A stretch of DNA of 64,000 bases from the human T2T-CHM13v2.0 reference genome, Homo sapiens (GCF_009914755.1 NC_060934.1); one strand, 5' to 3'. Shown: positions 1 through 14,080, counted from the stretch's first letter. A program made the numbers and translations. Notes: a model not told the origin generated them from the sequence alone.

Positions 1-1269
1 CAAATATGTTGCTATTCACTCTTCTCACCTCCCAAAATACCACCTTAATCTCTCCTGCTTAATTTGCATCTTCAAATATTTAGTTTCTCTCTTATTGCTT
101 ACCCCTTTGTCTCAGGATCTAAGAACAGGTTTAGAACAGATAACTGAAATCTCCATGACCTCCTTTAGATAATACCTTTGGTCTCTTCCCCACCAGAGTC
201 TGACAATTTACTAAACAAATGACCGTTCTCATTGGTTTAATAGCCAGTTCTTTTCATTTTCCCCTGCTGCCCCTCTGCAGGAATTACTAATAAGCTGCAG
301 ACTTGGGCAGTAGCAGGCAGTAGGGATGGCTAGAGGTGAACAGTGGCAGGCAGACCCTTCTGATCCTCAAGCAGCCTGCCTGGAAGTGAGCATGTTGCAG
401 GAATAGTAGTGTTATCTCTTGAGATAGATTTCTCTTGTGTCTTCTAATCTCCCCCCAATGCCAGTGTTATGTGTGTGAACCACCCTTGAAAACCATCTTC
501 TGCTTTCCATTTGGCTTTCCCTTTGGGCTGGCTGTAATATTTGCTTGCTTTCCTATGTCAGGACTCTTTGAATGTATACCTGTATCTTGTAGCTATCTCA
601 GGGACCTTTACACCAAGCTACATATTAAAATAGTTTTCTCTATTTAGTAATTCTATGTTTCTTCTTTATCAGGATATTCCTTCTCACTTTTATCCCCAAA
701 ATGGAAGAAATAACACGTTTTAAAAATTAATTGCATAGCACATTTGCAAGTTATGTTCCCGTACTTAGTCCAGTTTAAGCCTCACGCCAAACTTATGAGG
801 TTGATATTCTTACTTCTATGGTACAGACAAATTAATTGAGGCAAGAAGCAGCTCAGGCCCTTGTCTAGTTGACTGCTGTGACTCATACTTTCTGTTCTTG
901 GCTGCTGAGTCCCTTGCTCCACATTTCTGCTTTCCTAATTGTTTTTGACACAAGGAAATGAGAACATGTTGGAAAAACAATAGTCTTTCTGGATGAGTTG
1001 TTGGGCTAAGTGACCTTTAAGGTATGTTCTAATCTAGAGGTCTTTGGTTCTTGCTTGATTATAGTGCAGTACTATTAGACAATCAATGCAATTGTCCTAG
1101 CTGAATGACAGGGTAGCAGAGACAGTGAAATATTATTTTTGGCACTTTTTTAGTGTTATCTATTTTTGTCGATAGAAAAATAAATCCCAAAATCCAAAGG
1201 GAAAATATATATTTATTTGCACTTAGTGTTCAGTAGTGAAGTGCACGGGTCATTTGTTAGTGGATGAAT

Positions 1270-1440
1270 GTGGGCAAGTTACTTTACCTGTCCATGATAT
1301 AACTCCTTATGCATAACGTGGGATGAATAACATGTCTACTCATAGAGTTTTTCTGAGGTTCAAATTAGTGTACACATGTAAAGTGTTTATAATGGTGCCT
1401 AGCACTTAGTAAGTCATCAGTTAATATCAGCTGCTGTTAC
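1270..1440 (+). mobile_element. MIR SINE fragment
   Basis: Resembles MIR core/3' end: gggcaagttactttacct...ctactcatagagtt...catgtaaagtgttt...gtgcctagcacttagtaag. Confidence 0.7.
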
Positions 1441-1465
1441 ATTTTGTAAAAATAGTAAAGCCGTG

Positions 1466-1838
1466 TGTAGCGGTCCGTTCTCACGCTGCTATGAAGAAAT
1501 ACCCAAGCCTGGCTAATTTATAAAGGAAAGAGGTTTAATTGACTCACAATTCCACATGGCTGGGAAGGCTCAGGAAACACACAATCATGGCGAAAGGGGA
1601 AGCGGGCATAGACCTTCTTCATATGGTGGCAGGAAAGAGAAGAGTGAATGAGTGAAGGGGGAAGAGCCCCTTATAAAACCATTGGATCTCATGAGAAGTC
1701 ACTAGCACAAGAACGGCATGGGGAGAAACTGCCCCCATGATTCAATTACCTCCACCTGGTGTCTCCCTTGACAGTGGGGATTATGGGGATTACAATTTAA
1801 GATGAGATTTTGGTTGGGCACACAGCCAAACCATATTA
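1466..1838 (-). mobile_element. THE1 (C/D-like) MaLR solo LTR
   Basis: Reverse complement of THE1 LTR (gtccgttctcacgctgct...aggtttaattgactcac...cagccaaaccatatta); ~373 bp; 5-bp TSD ccgtg/ctgtg. Confidence 0.9.
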
Positions 1839-4800
1839 CTGTGTAAAGAACTTACCACTTTTAAGAATAGTTAATATTAATTGACATACAGTATCTGACC
1901 ATTTATTACTTGGAAAACTCTATCTGCACTATCTCATTTGACCTAAATTATCAGGTAGAAACAATTATGATCACAATTTAAAAGATGAGAAAACTGAAAT
2001 ATAGGGAAGTTTTTTAACTTAAGTCTCATCGATATAAATTATATGAAATGATTTAAAAAGGTGTGTCTGAGGAGAGGCAGCATAACTAATTAGCATAACT
2101 AATATGCGAAGCCTTTCTGGACTCAGTTTTGGACTATGTAACAATTACACAAAATTGGAAGCCTTTTAAATGCCTTTGGGAATAATAAATAAAGAGTTGC
2201 ACCTGGATTTCATTTTTACCGTAATCAAATGTTTTATATTAGGTATTTTGGAAAACTACTGGAATGACCAGCAAGATTATAATAATAATTCTGGAGCCAC
2301 TTTACTATTATTGTCTCATTTATACCTCTCAGCAGAGGCTGGAGCACATGGGGACTATGCCATTCCCATAACCATATGTTTTACCACCTTGCTCTTTGTC
2401 CTGTAGATGAGCAAGCAAAGAAGCATACAAAGAGCATCCTATAAAAGAGCACGAACAAAGACAATGTTTGAGGAGCTCTGTTCTTTGGTCTTCCCAGAGT
2501 AAATATCAGCAATAGTAGGAAAAAGTGTTTAAAACACGTATGAGGGGAAAAAAAAAAACTACAGGAACGTCAATTACAAATGATTATTTTCAAAAATAAA
2601 ACCTTCTAGCTTTTAACTAGTTTATCGCAGAGCTAAACCAATACAGTTTCATGCCTCATAACAATTTAATAAATATTACTAAAATATGGCAACTGCTACC
2701 ATGGCTCATTAGCAAGCTGTTGGTGTAATATAAAGTTATCCAGAATTGTTTTGGGTAGTTGGTTTGTCAATATAATGCACACAGTAATCTCTGAAGAAAG
2801 TCAGGAACATATGGTCCATGTTCATCAGCTAACCCCAGGGGACTGCACCAGAATCTCTCTTCTTACAACTACATGACGTTGAGAGGAGAGCTTGAGAGAA
2901 GATAGGGAAAAAAAGAATGGGTGGAAAGAGAAACATTGATTACTCAAACCATAAAATCACACTTGCAAGCATAAATCAAGAATCACAAAGCTAACATCTT
3001 CAAGGAATCTGTTAAAATACAAGTTGAACATTGTAGCATCAGAAATTCTCAGAATATGAATTCTGAATCTTGCTTGGCACACAGCTAAAGTTAATCATTT
3101 CAGCAGCAGCAGTAAAATGCTGCATATAGCATGCTACTGGCCAACATAAATGAATCTAATGCCATCTATTTACCAAAATCAAGATTCCTTTGAATATATT
3201 TTCAATAATTTATATGCTAAGATGTACATACATATTACACTCTCTCTCTCAAAAGAAACGTCATATTTTCTAATTTAAAGAGACATATCTTGTCCAATTA
3301 AATTCGTTTGAGTAGGAAACTGTAGAGTTAACAACTGTCAATGATCATCTATGTATAAGTAGAATTATACACTTTAAAGATTATGTTTATTTAATAACCA
3401 TCCCTATTTCCTGTAACTGGGCAATCAGACATTTTTTTGACCCAAAATATGACCACTGCATTTTGATAACTCTAACAGCACAAGATGAGGTCTGGCTATT
3501 AGAGCCATATAATGATGGGTAAGTATTTTGTTTTCTTGGGTGCTTTCACAGTGTAAATATTATCTCAGAAGTGGGTTTTTAGGGCAATTCAAGTAGGATG
3601 CTTAGGAATGTACTTTTCTTTATTTGGAAAATTTTCTCAGATTTCATTTGCTCAGTTTTATACCTATTGATCTTTCATTTTAATTTTATCTAAAAACCTT
3701 TCAGTTTTGCAGTGTGTCACAAGTCTGTGTAAGCTGCAGCTTCAGCCATCTCTTCCATGCAATGTCAATCTTGGGTCGTGTGAAGCATGTGGCTTTTTGG
3801 AAATTTTCTAAGTAATGTAATTGATGCAAAAAAATCAAGGATATATATTTTCAATAGCCAAGATAATAGATACATAATCCTTTCAATTAAAATTTGTGTT
3901 AATTCAAGGAAGGGTAGGATCAGCATATATATTATGTGTTTATCAAGAATACTCTCCTGAGAAAATTCATGAAATGAGAAGTAACAGGGAGAAAGTTGAA
4001 ACATTGCTATAACATATCAAAATGAGAGGCTCTGCATAAATGAATTTATAAGAAAACATTAAAATTGCCAAGTATAAAGACTTTACAGATACAGAGTTAA
4101 TATTACCTTTATGTAGACATTTGAGGCTTGGCCAGGCTCTCCTCAATGAGTCTATTTTAAGGTAAAGTTATTAAAGTCCGGCTCCCATCTCACAGATATT
4201 ATTTGAAGTTGTTTTATGTGGAAGCAGCCTGCCTCATGTGATTGCACTGTGAAGCTCTCCAGCTAGAAGGCGGCTATGTGACTTGAAATTTAAATATAAA
4301 GCAAATTCAGTCAGGTGCCAAGGTGCCAGCCTGCTGGACCACCATATTGGGAGGAAGGAGAAGTGGAGGGCAGGGGGTTGAATGGAGATTGGGTTGTGCG
4401 AAAGAGAAGATTTCAAACTTTGGGGCTGGAAGAGCACAGGGTGCTGCAAGAAGCAATGTGTTGGGCTGAATAATTCATGATGCAGTACTAATTTTGACTC
4501 TGGAGAAAATTGCTTTCTCACTGTGCCAAAAGCTAGGCAGTGAGACCAAAAATCAAAGAGGAAGCTAAATGGAGGGGAGAAAACACCCTAAATCAACACC
4601 ATATCAAATTGACAAACTGTTTAAGGCTGCAAAATGTATTGTCAAAACATGTGAGTAGATATTTTAAACCTTACCTAAAATTGAGCATATTTATGCCTAC
4701 TTATTTTGAGCAATAATAGGTAGATATTAAATAATTATTTTCAAAAGTAGCTCCTTGATATTAATGCAGAGAGTTCCAGTAAGGAAGTAAGCATTTGCAT

Positions 4801-5889
4801 TTCATTGGAACTTGGTAAAAAAAAAAAAAAAGGCTGCATATCTTGGTATAGTGTAAGAGATCCATCATCATTTTGTACTTACAGAATCATATGGGTGCCA
4901 GAAATGACCTTTTGAGCTAATTAACAGAGCTGCCATAAATATGGAACTTGATAAATGTTAATATTTATTGGATTCCTAAAATCCAGATGGTCTTCCTTGT
5001 CTTTTCATTCTCTTTGGAAGATAATATTAAAATAAGAACCTTCTAAAATGCAACCTTAGGCATCTTTTCAAAGTCTCATTTAATTCTTTTCTTTAATGGT
5101 TAGGAGGACTTATGAGCATTTCTGAGGAAAAGTCGCTGACTGCCTCTTAAGCCTTAACCAAGCTTTAAACTTTAGGGATTTCCACTCAGATTTAACAACA
5201 TTGAGAATTTTGGTCCTAGATTTCTTTTTCTTTAAAGAGTTCTTTAAAGAGTTAAAGAAACTTCTGGGCAGGAAAATACAGGAAGCTTAGAATGAAGATG
5301 GTTGAGGTGTTGTCTTCCTCCTCTTCTTTCATTTTGTTTGTTTTGCTTTCAAGAGAAAAGCCAGATACAGCTCTGGGGAGTCGAAAGGCATCCTTGGCAA
5401 AGAATGCAATCCCTCCAGAGGCTGAATAAGCGTGCACAGGATGAACTCACAGATAGCCACGCCAGTCTCCCAGAGCAGAGCTGCATTTCCAAAAATTCAC
5501 TTTCTGGCAAAGATGAGGATTTTCCTGTAGTGGTTTGCATTGCTGAATGGGGCTGAAGAAACACCAGTCTTCAGGACTATTTGGAAATTATAGTTAACAA
5601 AATCTAGAGAGCCATGAGCAATCCAAAGTAAAATTCAGTTGAGTGTGTAGAGCCTTCCACATGAGAGGGCATGGTATGTAATTTGCTTCACTTAATACAG
5701 ATTTTGGAGACAGGGCAGCAGGCTGGTGCACAGGGCATATTTTAGAGGGACCATAACACACCCCTATACTAGAAATGCAGTGTACTGTGTCTCCTCACTA
5801 GAAACCTAAATACAGCCTCTGAAAGGCTTGTCCCTTGGGTGACAAAGATTGCTGAGGTTTGATGGAGTGCTGTGCTCTCAGTATGGAGT

Positions 5890-6270
5890 AGGGGGTGGTG
5901 GAAACAGGAGGCATATATTTTAGTTCTAGGACCTCCCTACATTTACGAGTTCTTTGACTTTGGACCAAGTCATTTCAGTTTGCTTGGCTTTCTTTTCCTC
6001 ATATGTAAAATGATCATTTTATGTTAGTTTGAACCATGGGAAATAGCTGATATTTGACTAACCTATAAAAACAGCAATTTCACATGGTTCAAACTAATAA
6101 ATGCTCTTGAGACTTGTTCTGAGGAGCAAAGAAGCACCTCGTTGTAGATAAACACATGCATGTAAATTGTGTCCTCTTCCTGCTCCAGTTACATCATCTA
6201 TTGAACATTTTGTGGAGTTTCAATGAGATAATATTTGGAAAGCAAATAGTAGCACTCAATAAAAGTCAGT
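5890..6270 (+). mobile_element. Degenerate MIR interrupted by a MADE2 MITE
   Basis: tgactttggaccaagtcattt...ttcctcatatgtaaaatg and ttttgtggagtttcaatgagataat...gcactcaataaa; boundaries approximate. Confidence 0.5.
6024..6097. mobile_element. MADE2-like mariner MITE (palindromic)
   Basis: 26-bp inverted arms ttagtttgaaccatgggaaatagctg / cagcaatttcacatggttcaaactaa (24/26 complementary); flanked by TG/TA (decayed TA TSD). Confidence 0.8.
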
Positions 6271-6581
6271 TTCTCTCATCATGATTCCACACACTTTAAT
6301 TTCAACTACTGTTTTGAACTTAACACTTCTCCAGTGTTTTACAATTTACAAAGTGCTTTCGCATAAGTTAACTGTTTATGTGATTTTTGCAACCCAGTGA
6401 TAAGACAATGAAAGTTCCAAAAAAGTTGTCACTTGGACTGAATTATCCAGATAGGTAGTAGGATATTGCACGTCGCTGAGTACAACATATGGTCATTGCC
6501 CAATACCGATGTCTCTAAATTAATAAAGGCAAAGTGGGCATGTAGGCATGTCACTATCTAGTCTACTAATCAGAAACAGAT

Positions 6582-6860
6582 CAGTGGTCTTTAAATATTT
6601 TGATCACACAACTTTTTATGTGATAATATTTGAAACATTAATATATGTGCCATTTATCTATTTAGTATACATTTTCAGTCTCTATAAATTATATATGCAT
6701 GGCAGATGTAACATCTGATGTGCATTATGAAACATACGTAAGTAAAACCTTTTAAAGGAAAATATTTAAAAAGTAAATATATTGCAAGTCCTAATATTTT
6801 CTCCCTGCATTCCAAAGGATTGCACAATTGCAGCTTTTTAAATTGAGATGCAATTAGCAC
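6582..6860. mobile_element. Old hAT-Charlie non-autonomous element (Charlie18a-like; family uncertain)
   Basis: Starts cagtggtctttaaatattttgatcacac; AT-rich body; gtcctaatattttctccctgcattcc near the end. Confidence 0.45.
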
Positions 6861-7144
6861 AGACTGGTGGATTTCTATGGTCTTTATTGCCCAGGCCCTA
6901 CTTTCGGTTCCCAGGAACAAGAAAGTTTTGGGATTTGTGATCAAGTCAGACCAGCTTCCAAGCTTAGTGAAGCTAGAACATAAGCATGCAGCTTATAAGG
7001 GAGGACCCAGGTAGAGTGGTAATGAGAGCCTTACTTGTAGTCAGAGCACTTACTATCCAAAACTGTGGCCTCATGCAGGGCACAAGCACCCTCAACCTCA
7101 ATTTCTAATACGGGTTTATTTGAGGAGTAGAAAAGAATAAAATA

Positions 7145-7488
7145 CAGGTTGAACATCTGTAATCTGAAAATCTAAATCTGAAATTTTTCAAAACTATAAA
7201 CTTTTTGAGTTCTGGCATGATATCACAAGTTGAAAATCCCACATCTGACCTCATAGTCAAAACACAGTCAAAACTTTGTTTCATGCACAATAAATATTAC
7301 ATAAAATTATCTTCTAGATTTTGTGTATAAGGTGGATATGAAACAAAAGTGAATTCTGTGTTTAGACTTCAGTCTCATCCTCAAGATATTATGTATGTGT
7401 ATATATTCCAAAATTCAAAAGGAAATCCAAAATCTGAAACACTTGTACTCTGAAGCATGTTAGATAAATGATATGGAACCTCAACCTG
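7145..7488. mobile_element. Tigger4/MER46-type (TcMar-Tigger) MITE
   Basis: TA|caggttga...tcaacctg|TA terminal inverted repeats with TA TSD; internal aaaatctgaaa motifs; 344 bp. Confidence 0.85.
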
Positions 7489-8373
7489 TATTCTATTGAA
7501 AGCACTTGCTAATCTATAATATACTATAAAATATAAGGTATTATCAATGTGTTTATGTTTACTGTGTATCCCAGCATTTTAAATACTGTAGGCACACAGC
7601 ATGAGTTTAATGAATGAATGAGCAAAAACATTAATTAATTAAAAATAATACATTACCTTACTATGTCACATATGCTATTTCCAGAAACAGAAGACACAAC
7701 AAAATATGTTTTCAAAGCAAGTTTTTTTGTTTTGTTATCATTTTATATAATAGGAATCTGGAGGTAAGTAGCACCAGAGTCGGCTTATTCGACTGCTCAA
7801 ACCCATTGGTAAGAACCCTGGTTCTGTCTGTCTTCCACTGAGCCACGTGGAGGCACTGGGCTCTTTCTCTTTGGCTAGATCTACTGAATTTCTCAGACGC
7901 TGCCACAGTTCCAAGCAGCTATGAAGATGGCAGTGTCTGGAGGCATTGGAAAGGGAACATTCTGTTCTGACAAAGTGTTTTTTTAAAAGAAAAGAGGCCA
8001 AATATTCACTGAGACTCCCTTCCCCTTAGGCTCAGTGGCTGGTAGTATGTCGTAGCCCATTATTTCACTAGTCCAGGACAAAAGCAATGATGCTAATAGG
8101 ATTTCTTTATCTTGAGTTTCATGTCTTAGGGTTGGAGAAGGGACCAAGCCTCCCCTGAAAGCTGAGGGGTTTATGGTCAAGAAGAAAGAGTAACTATGGC
8201 CACCTTTAGGTCACCAGCCAATAATACTGCTTCTCTATCCTGTTCTGCTGTGACATTTGTCCCAGCAGGTGTTCCAGTCTGTCCTACAGTAGTGAGACCA
8301 CCTGATATGGTGAGGAAGGCAGGTAATTGATCTTACTCCATCATATCATCACATCTATTTCCACCCCCCGCCC

Positions 8374-8856
<483 letters not shown>

Positions 8857-9811
8857 TGATCATTCCCCATTCCCCCAACATGATGGCAAATACCAGTTAA
8901 GTACTCATATCTAAAGAAATCCTTTATTAACAGGAAGTTAATTAAGAACATGTACATCTCTGACATTCATCATTACAATGAGTAGAAATTAATTTTTTCA
9001 ATTTCAGTTAAATTTTATTCAGCAAAAAGCTTTAACCTCTTATAATAAGATGTGAAGAATTATGAGAAATTATTTGCTGTATTTCTGGAACGAATGCATT
9101 TAATAATAGGTCAGATGAGCAAAAATGGTTGTAATTCAAATTTGAATAGAGAATTTCTTCGGTGATAGCAAATGGAACAATATGGCTTTTATAAGTAATA
9201 TTTTGATTTTAAATTATTTAAAATATTCAGATGCTATTCTAGTTTTAATCCACTTTTTGCTTTCTTTCCCAGCATCCTCTGAAAGTTTATATGCTAGAGG
9301 TCTCTCCTTCAGCCACTCCTTGATCATCTCCAATTAGAAATCTATTTATTTTTCATCAGAAATGATCAATGCTACAAGTCTGATTAATATGAGTGGTGTG
9401 TATATGTGTGTGTGTGCACATGAATTTTAGACAGTTTTCTGCAGAATCATCTTCTGTTACTATTTTTCAAGACAATACTATGACAAGCCAATGTGTTCTG
9501 AATAAATTATGCAATCGATGGGTGAAGCAGGCATTTGCTTTCCAGTATTATACATCCCAACTTGTATCACACAGGCAGACTTCTGTTGACAACACTATTG
9601 ACCTATATATGAAACTTTGAAACTCTGTTTTACATTTACAAAATTTGATATTTCTGATATTCTATGGGCTTCACTTTTTGACATCATGCCTTTGTACTTT
9701 TATGCAATTTGATAATTATATTCAGCCCTTTATAAATAGTTAAAATAATGTTTAATCATCTATGGTAAATGTGTAAATTCCTTACTACACACTTTCTGAT
9801 TTTGTGTGTGA

Positions 9812-10238
<427 letters not shown>

Positions 10239-10346
10239 TAGAAAGTGTGGAAAATCAATGACCTTGCAATTTGATATATACTCTGGAGTATACTCTGAAA
10301 TCTCAATAGTTTACAGACAAGATAGTAGAAATTAGAAAATACATTT

Positions 10347-10377
<31 letters not shown>

Positions 10378-10520
10378 ATGTGTCTCTATCTATACATATA
10401 CACACACATATATGCACATATATGTGTGTGTGTACACATATGTATACATATGTATGTATATATCTGGGTGTGTGTGTGTGTGTGTGTGTATAGATATATA
10501 TAGATATATATATATATATA
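10347..10520. repeat. Compound (TA)n/(TG)n/(CA)n microsatellite
   Basis: Directly visible alternating purine-pyrimidine tract of ~170 bp. Confidence 0.95.
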
Positions 10521-11228
10521 CCCTTGTGCTAAGGGATATATTTTCTAATATGTATTCATGTATTTTTATAAATCTTAAATTTTCTTCAGTCTCATAGCTA
10601 CAGACTCTGTAATGTTTTTTGTTAAACTGAAAATAATCATCTCTGGTGAATCTTTCTAAACTGTGTATTTCTAAATGTTTTTACCAGTATTATTGTGTTT
10701 TTGGAATCACATTACTTTTTAGTGTAGTGATAGCAAGTATAGCGAGTTAATGCTTTTTTTAAATTAGCAAATTAATGTGAAGATCAGATCTCAAATATCA
10801 GGTTGTCTGATCTTATTCAGTATGCCATTTGGCTTAAGAAGTTCTCATTTTGTTTCTGCAGTTCACTCATACTGAGCAAATCTAGACAAAACAAATCCTG
10901 TTGCTCACTTGGAATTTAGATAATTGTTTCACAATTCAAAGAAAGAAGTTAATTAGCATGACTTTTTTTCAATTAAAAGTTATTTATTAAATTTTCTTTC
11001 CTGAAACTGTTCATTTCCTAGGAAGGTCTAGAATGGAACAAATATAAAACTAAGAAACAGCAGCTTTTACTCCATGTGACAAGGTTTTGTTGAGGGTGCC
11101 TGTGGGGCTGGCCATATTTGTCATGTGTGTAATGTGGCTGTGCCTCTGGCAAGCTGTAAGCTGGTAGTTAGTGTGGAGTCTGCATTCCAGCTACCTGGGT
11201 GCCATCGCTCTTAACACACTTCTTAGCT

Positions 11229-11407
11229 CAGATGTTCCAATATTTGTTCTCCTGACCTACAACATTAGGACCACGTGGGAACTTGCTAGATTCTGAGGCT
11301 CCCTCCCAGACTTTCTAAATTAGATACTCTGAGGGTGAGGCCCAGAATCTGTGTTTTAATGTGCTCTTGAGGTTATTCTGATTCCACCTAATGCTTGAGA
11401 AGCACTG
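11229..11407 (+). mobile_element. MER5A (hAT-Charlie MITE)
   Basis: gggaacttgctaga...actctgagggtgaggcccagaatctgtgttttaa...ttgagaagcactg. Confidence 0.75.
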
Positions 11408-13065
11408 CCCTAGCTTCTGTCTTGGGCAACACTCCTGAATCAGTGCCTAGCTTTTCCCAGCTGTAAAATGTAAAATACAACATTTTTCTCGTAGAATTAT
11501 TGTGATAATTCAAGAAAATCATGTAAAGTTATTTCTGCAATAGTTGCCTAACAGATAGAGTGCTCTAAGGACACTGAGCGTTCTTCAAAAGCAGTATGGC
11601 CTGTGTGCTCCCATGTCTGAGCACATTTGAAAACCAGCCTCTAAAATTACACTTCCTCCTCTATCAATGATTGCAGAATCGAATGTTGCAAATGCATGGC
11701 AGTAATACATCCTTTGAAGAATGAAGTGTTATTAAAATTTCATTCCATAATATTTGTATTAGTTTTGTATTACTCAAAAGGCCTATCTTATTTTACTTTC
11801 TTAATGAAATTAATTTTTATTTCACTATGAATATTTTTTTCTAGCCCCTACTTTCATTTCCAAATTTTCTCATTTTCTTTTTAGTCTGGATATTTCCTAG
11901 ATAATTTATTTCAACATTCTAGTACTGTATAATCTCAAATACCCAAAGAAAATACATTTTTTGAAATATTGATGAACTAAAACCAATAGGTATGAATGAG
12001 TCGATCCTGTGTTTAATCTACATGTGAGATATCACCTATTCTATTCCATGCAAATAGGAAGGTAAATATGATGAAGTCATTAATAATAACGAAATAAGGC
12101 TATTTTATATAAGAATTTAGGTTATGTCCCATACAAATTAACAGCATAATATTACGTGATTAGTCTTCCTGATACTAATATTTTCCTAATTTATTCTTTT
12201 CACCAGCTGCATTAAAATTCACCGCAAAGATTCAGTCCAAGGTTCTCACAGGGAACTAAAGGTTAAAATGTGTTTGTTAGCCAATATACAAGACTCTGTA
12301 ATCTTATATACTACATTGGCAGGGACTGTTGGGATTCAGTTCTGTTCAGCCATGGAGGACACACTCTGTGTTGCCCTGAGACTGTGGAAAATACAGCGTC
12401 TATAACATATCCCCTTCTTACAGAGGTATGCATCTTTGAACTCAGAACTCTCCTTTGCTACTCTCATTCAAGACACTGTACAGCCCAGAACTTCCAGCCT
12501 GTGGGTTTTTCTCACCCCCTTTCTCTGCCTGAGCCCTCTGCTCAGGGTGGGATTTTCATGATCTCCCCACATATCTTTCTTCTTCTGTCTCTGCTTTTCC
12601 TCTCTTCCCAAAGCTAGAAAGCCATCTCCTAGCTTAATTACCACCTCCCATGATCTTGTCTATTTGTTGCTATTAATCTGACCTTAATAAAAGTGTTTCC
12701 TGAGATTTCACCTTATGGACATTTGGATTCAAAGTAAGGGCTAGAAATGGAGAGTTAGACGAAGGATAGATGAGCTGATTGCATCTAGGGAAGTCAAGGA
12801 GTTGGGCTTGCATTGCAGAGAATGGCTAAGAAAGGAGACCAATCTATGGGATACTTAAAAAACCTATTAAATCTGAATATCTGAGTTTGTCCATTATTAG
12901 AATTCTTTCACTAAGTGCTTCTTAAAATGATCAAAGAAACGTTTGGGATTGTGAGAAAAACAGAAACATTGTCCTGTGCATATATTAAGTGTGCTATATC
13001 AAATAATATTTCATCTTTAGCCATCAGTAACACATTTGTTCTTAGTATATATATGTCAATCTAAA

Positions 13066-13280
13066 AAGGGTTTCTCAACCTTAACATTATTAAATTTTTA
13101 GGTTAAATATTGTTTTGTTTGGGTGTGGGCCGCCCTGGCATTGCAGCTTCTCTAGCCTCTACATACTAGATGCTGGTAGCTATGTGACCCCTCAAAAAAA
13201 TTTTTTGGCAATAAAAAATATCTTCAGACATTGTCAGATGTCTTCTGGGGGGCGTAGTCATCCAAACTCGAGATTCGCTG
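13066..13280 (-). mobile_element. MER20 (hAT-Charlie MITE)
   Basis: agggtttctcaacctt...gcctctacatactagatgctggtagc...cagacattgtcagatgtcttctgggggg. Confidence 0.8.
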
Positions 13281-13440
13281 GTCCAGACTGTAAAAATTAT
13301 CAAACTACTCTTGGGAAAGATGAATCTATTTTAAGATCCACTTGCAAGCTACATCTACATAAATGTCCATTAACCTTTAGTACTTTGTGACCTGATTTTG
13401 TGTTTCTTCTTGCATGATTATTTTTTGGGCCCTCAATATA

Positions 13441-13659
13441 TATTTGTTAATTCTATTTCTTCAGTTTCTCTAGATGCTTTATCTGGCCAAATAGTGTATC
13501 ATAGCAAATTAGTTCTAGAACCTCACTTGTCTTAATATTAGTTAATTGGAATTAATATTTGTTAATTCTATTTCTTTCATTTTTCTAGATGCCTTATCTC
13601 GCCAAATAGTGTATCCTGGCAAATTAGTTCTAGATTCTCAATAGTCTTATTATTCGTAG
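13441..13659. repeat. Diverged two-copy tandem duplication, period 115 bp
   Basis: tatttgttaattctatttctt...gccaaatagtgtatc...gcaaattagttctaga starts at 13441 and again at 13556; ~85% identity by hand alignment. Confidence 0.9.
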
Positions 13660-14074
13660 GTACACAATAGTCCAATGCATTAAAATGACTTTCCTTTTAA
13701 TAGTTCTACGTGAATAAAAATGTATTTCCTGGCAAATTTCACCTCAATGCTGCAAATCCATTGAAAAAGGGAATAATACAGTATCACGATACAGGGAGAA
13801 AAACTTAGAAACACAATAAGATATACATACACACAACTTTACGAGAGTAAATAATAAGTAAAGATATATATGTATACACACACACATATACTGATACAGA
13901 TCATTGCAAGAAAATCACAAATACCAAAGTCAACCAGAAGACGTGAGTAGAGAAAAATAGACAACAAAACAACAAATAATGCAAATTAAAGTGAGATAAT
14001 CATTTTGCTGTCAAGATAGGAGAAAAACCAAGAGTGGGAAGATATTATGATTCTTCAATCATGTGGGCATGTAT

Positions 14075-14080
<6 letters not shown>

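Noticed and set aside
13441-13659. CRISPR-like or other repeat-spacer array
   Set aside because: Only two diverged long copies with no spacers; DNA is primate; no regularly spaced short repeats anywhere in the window.
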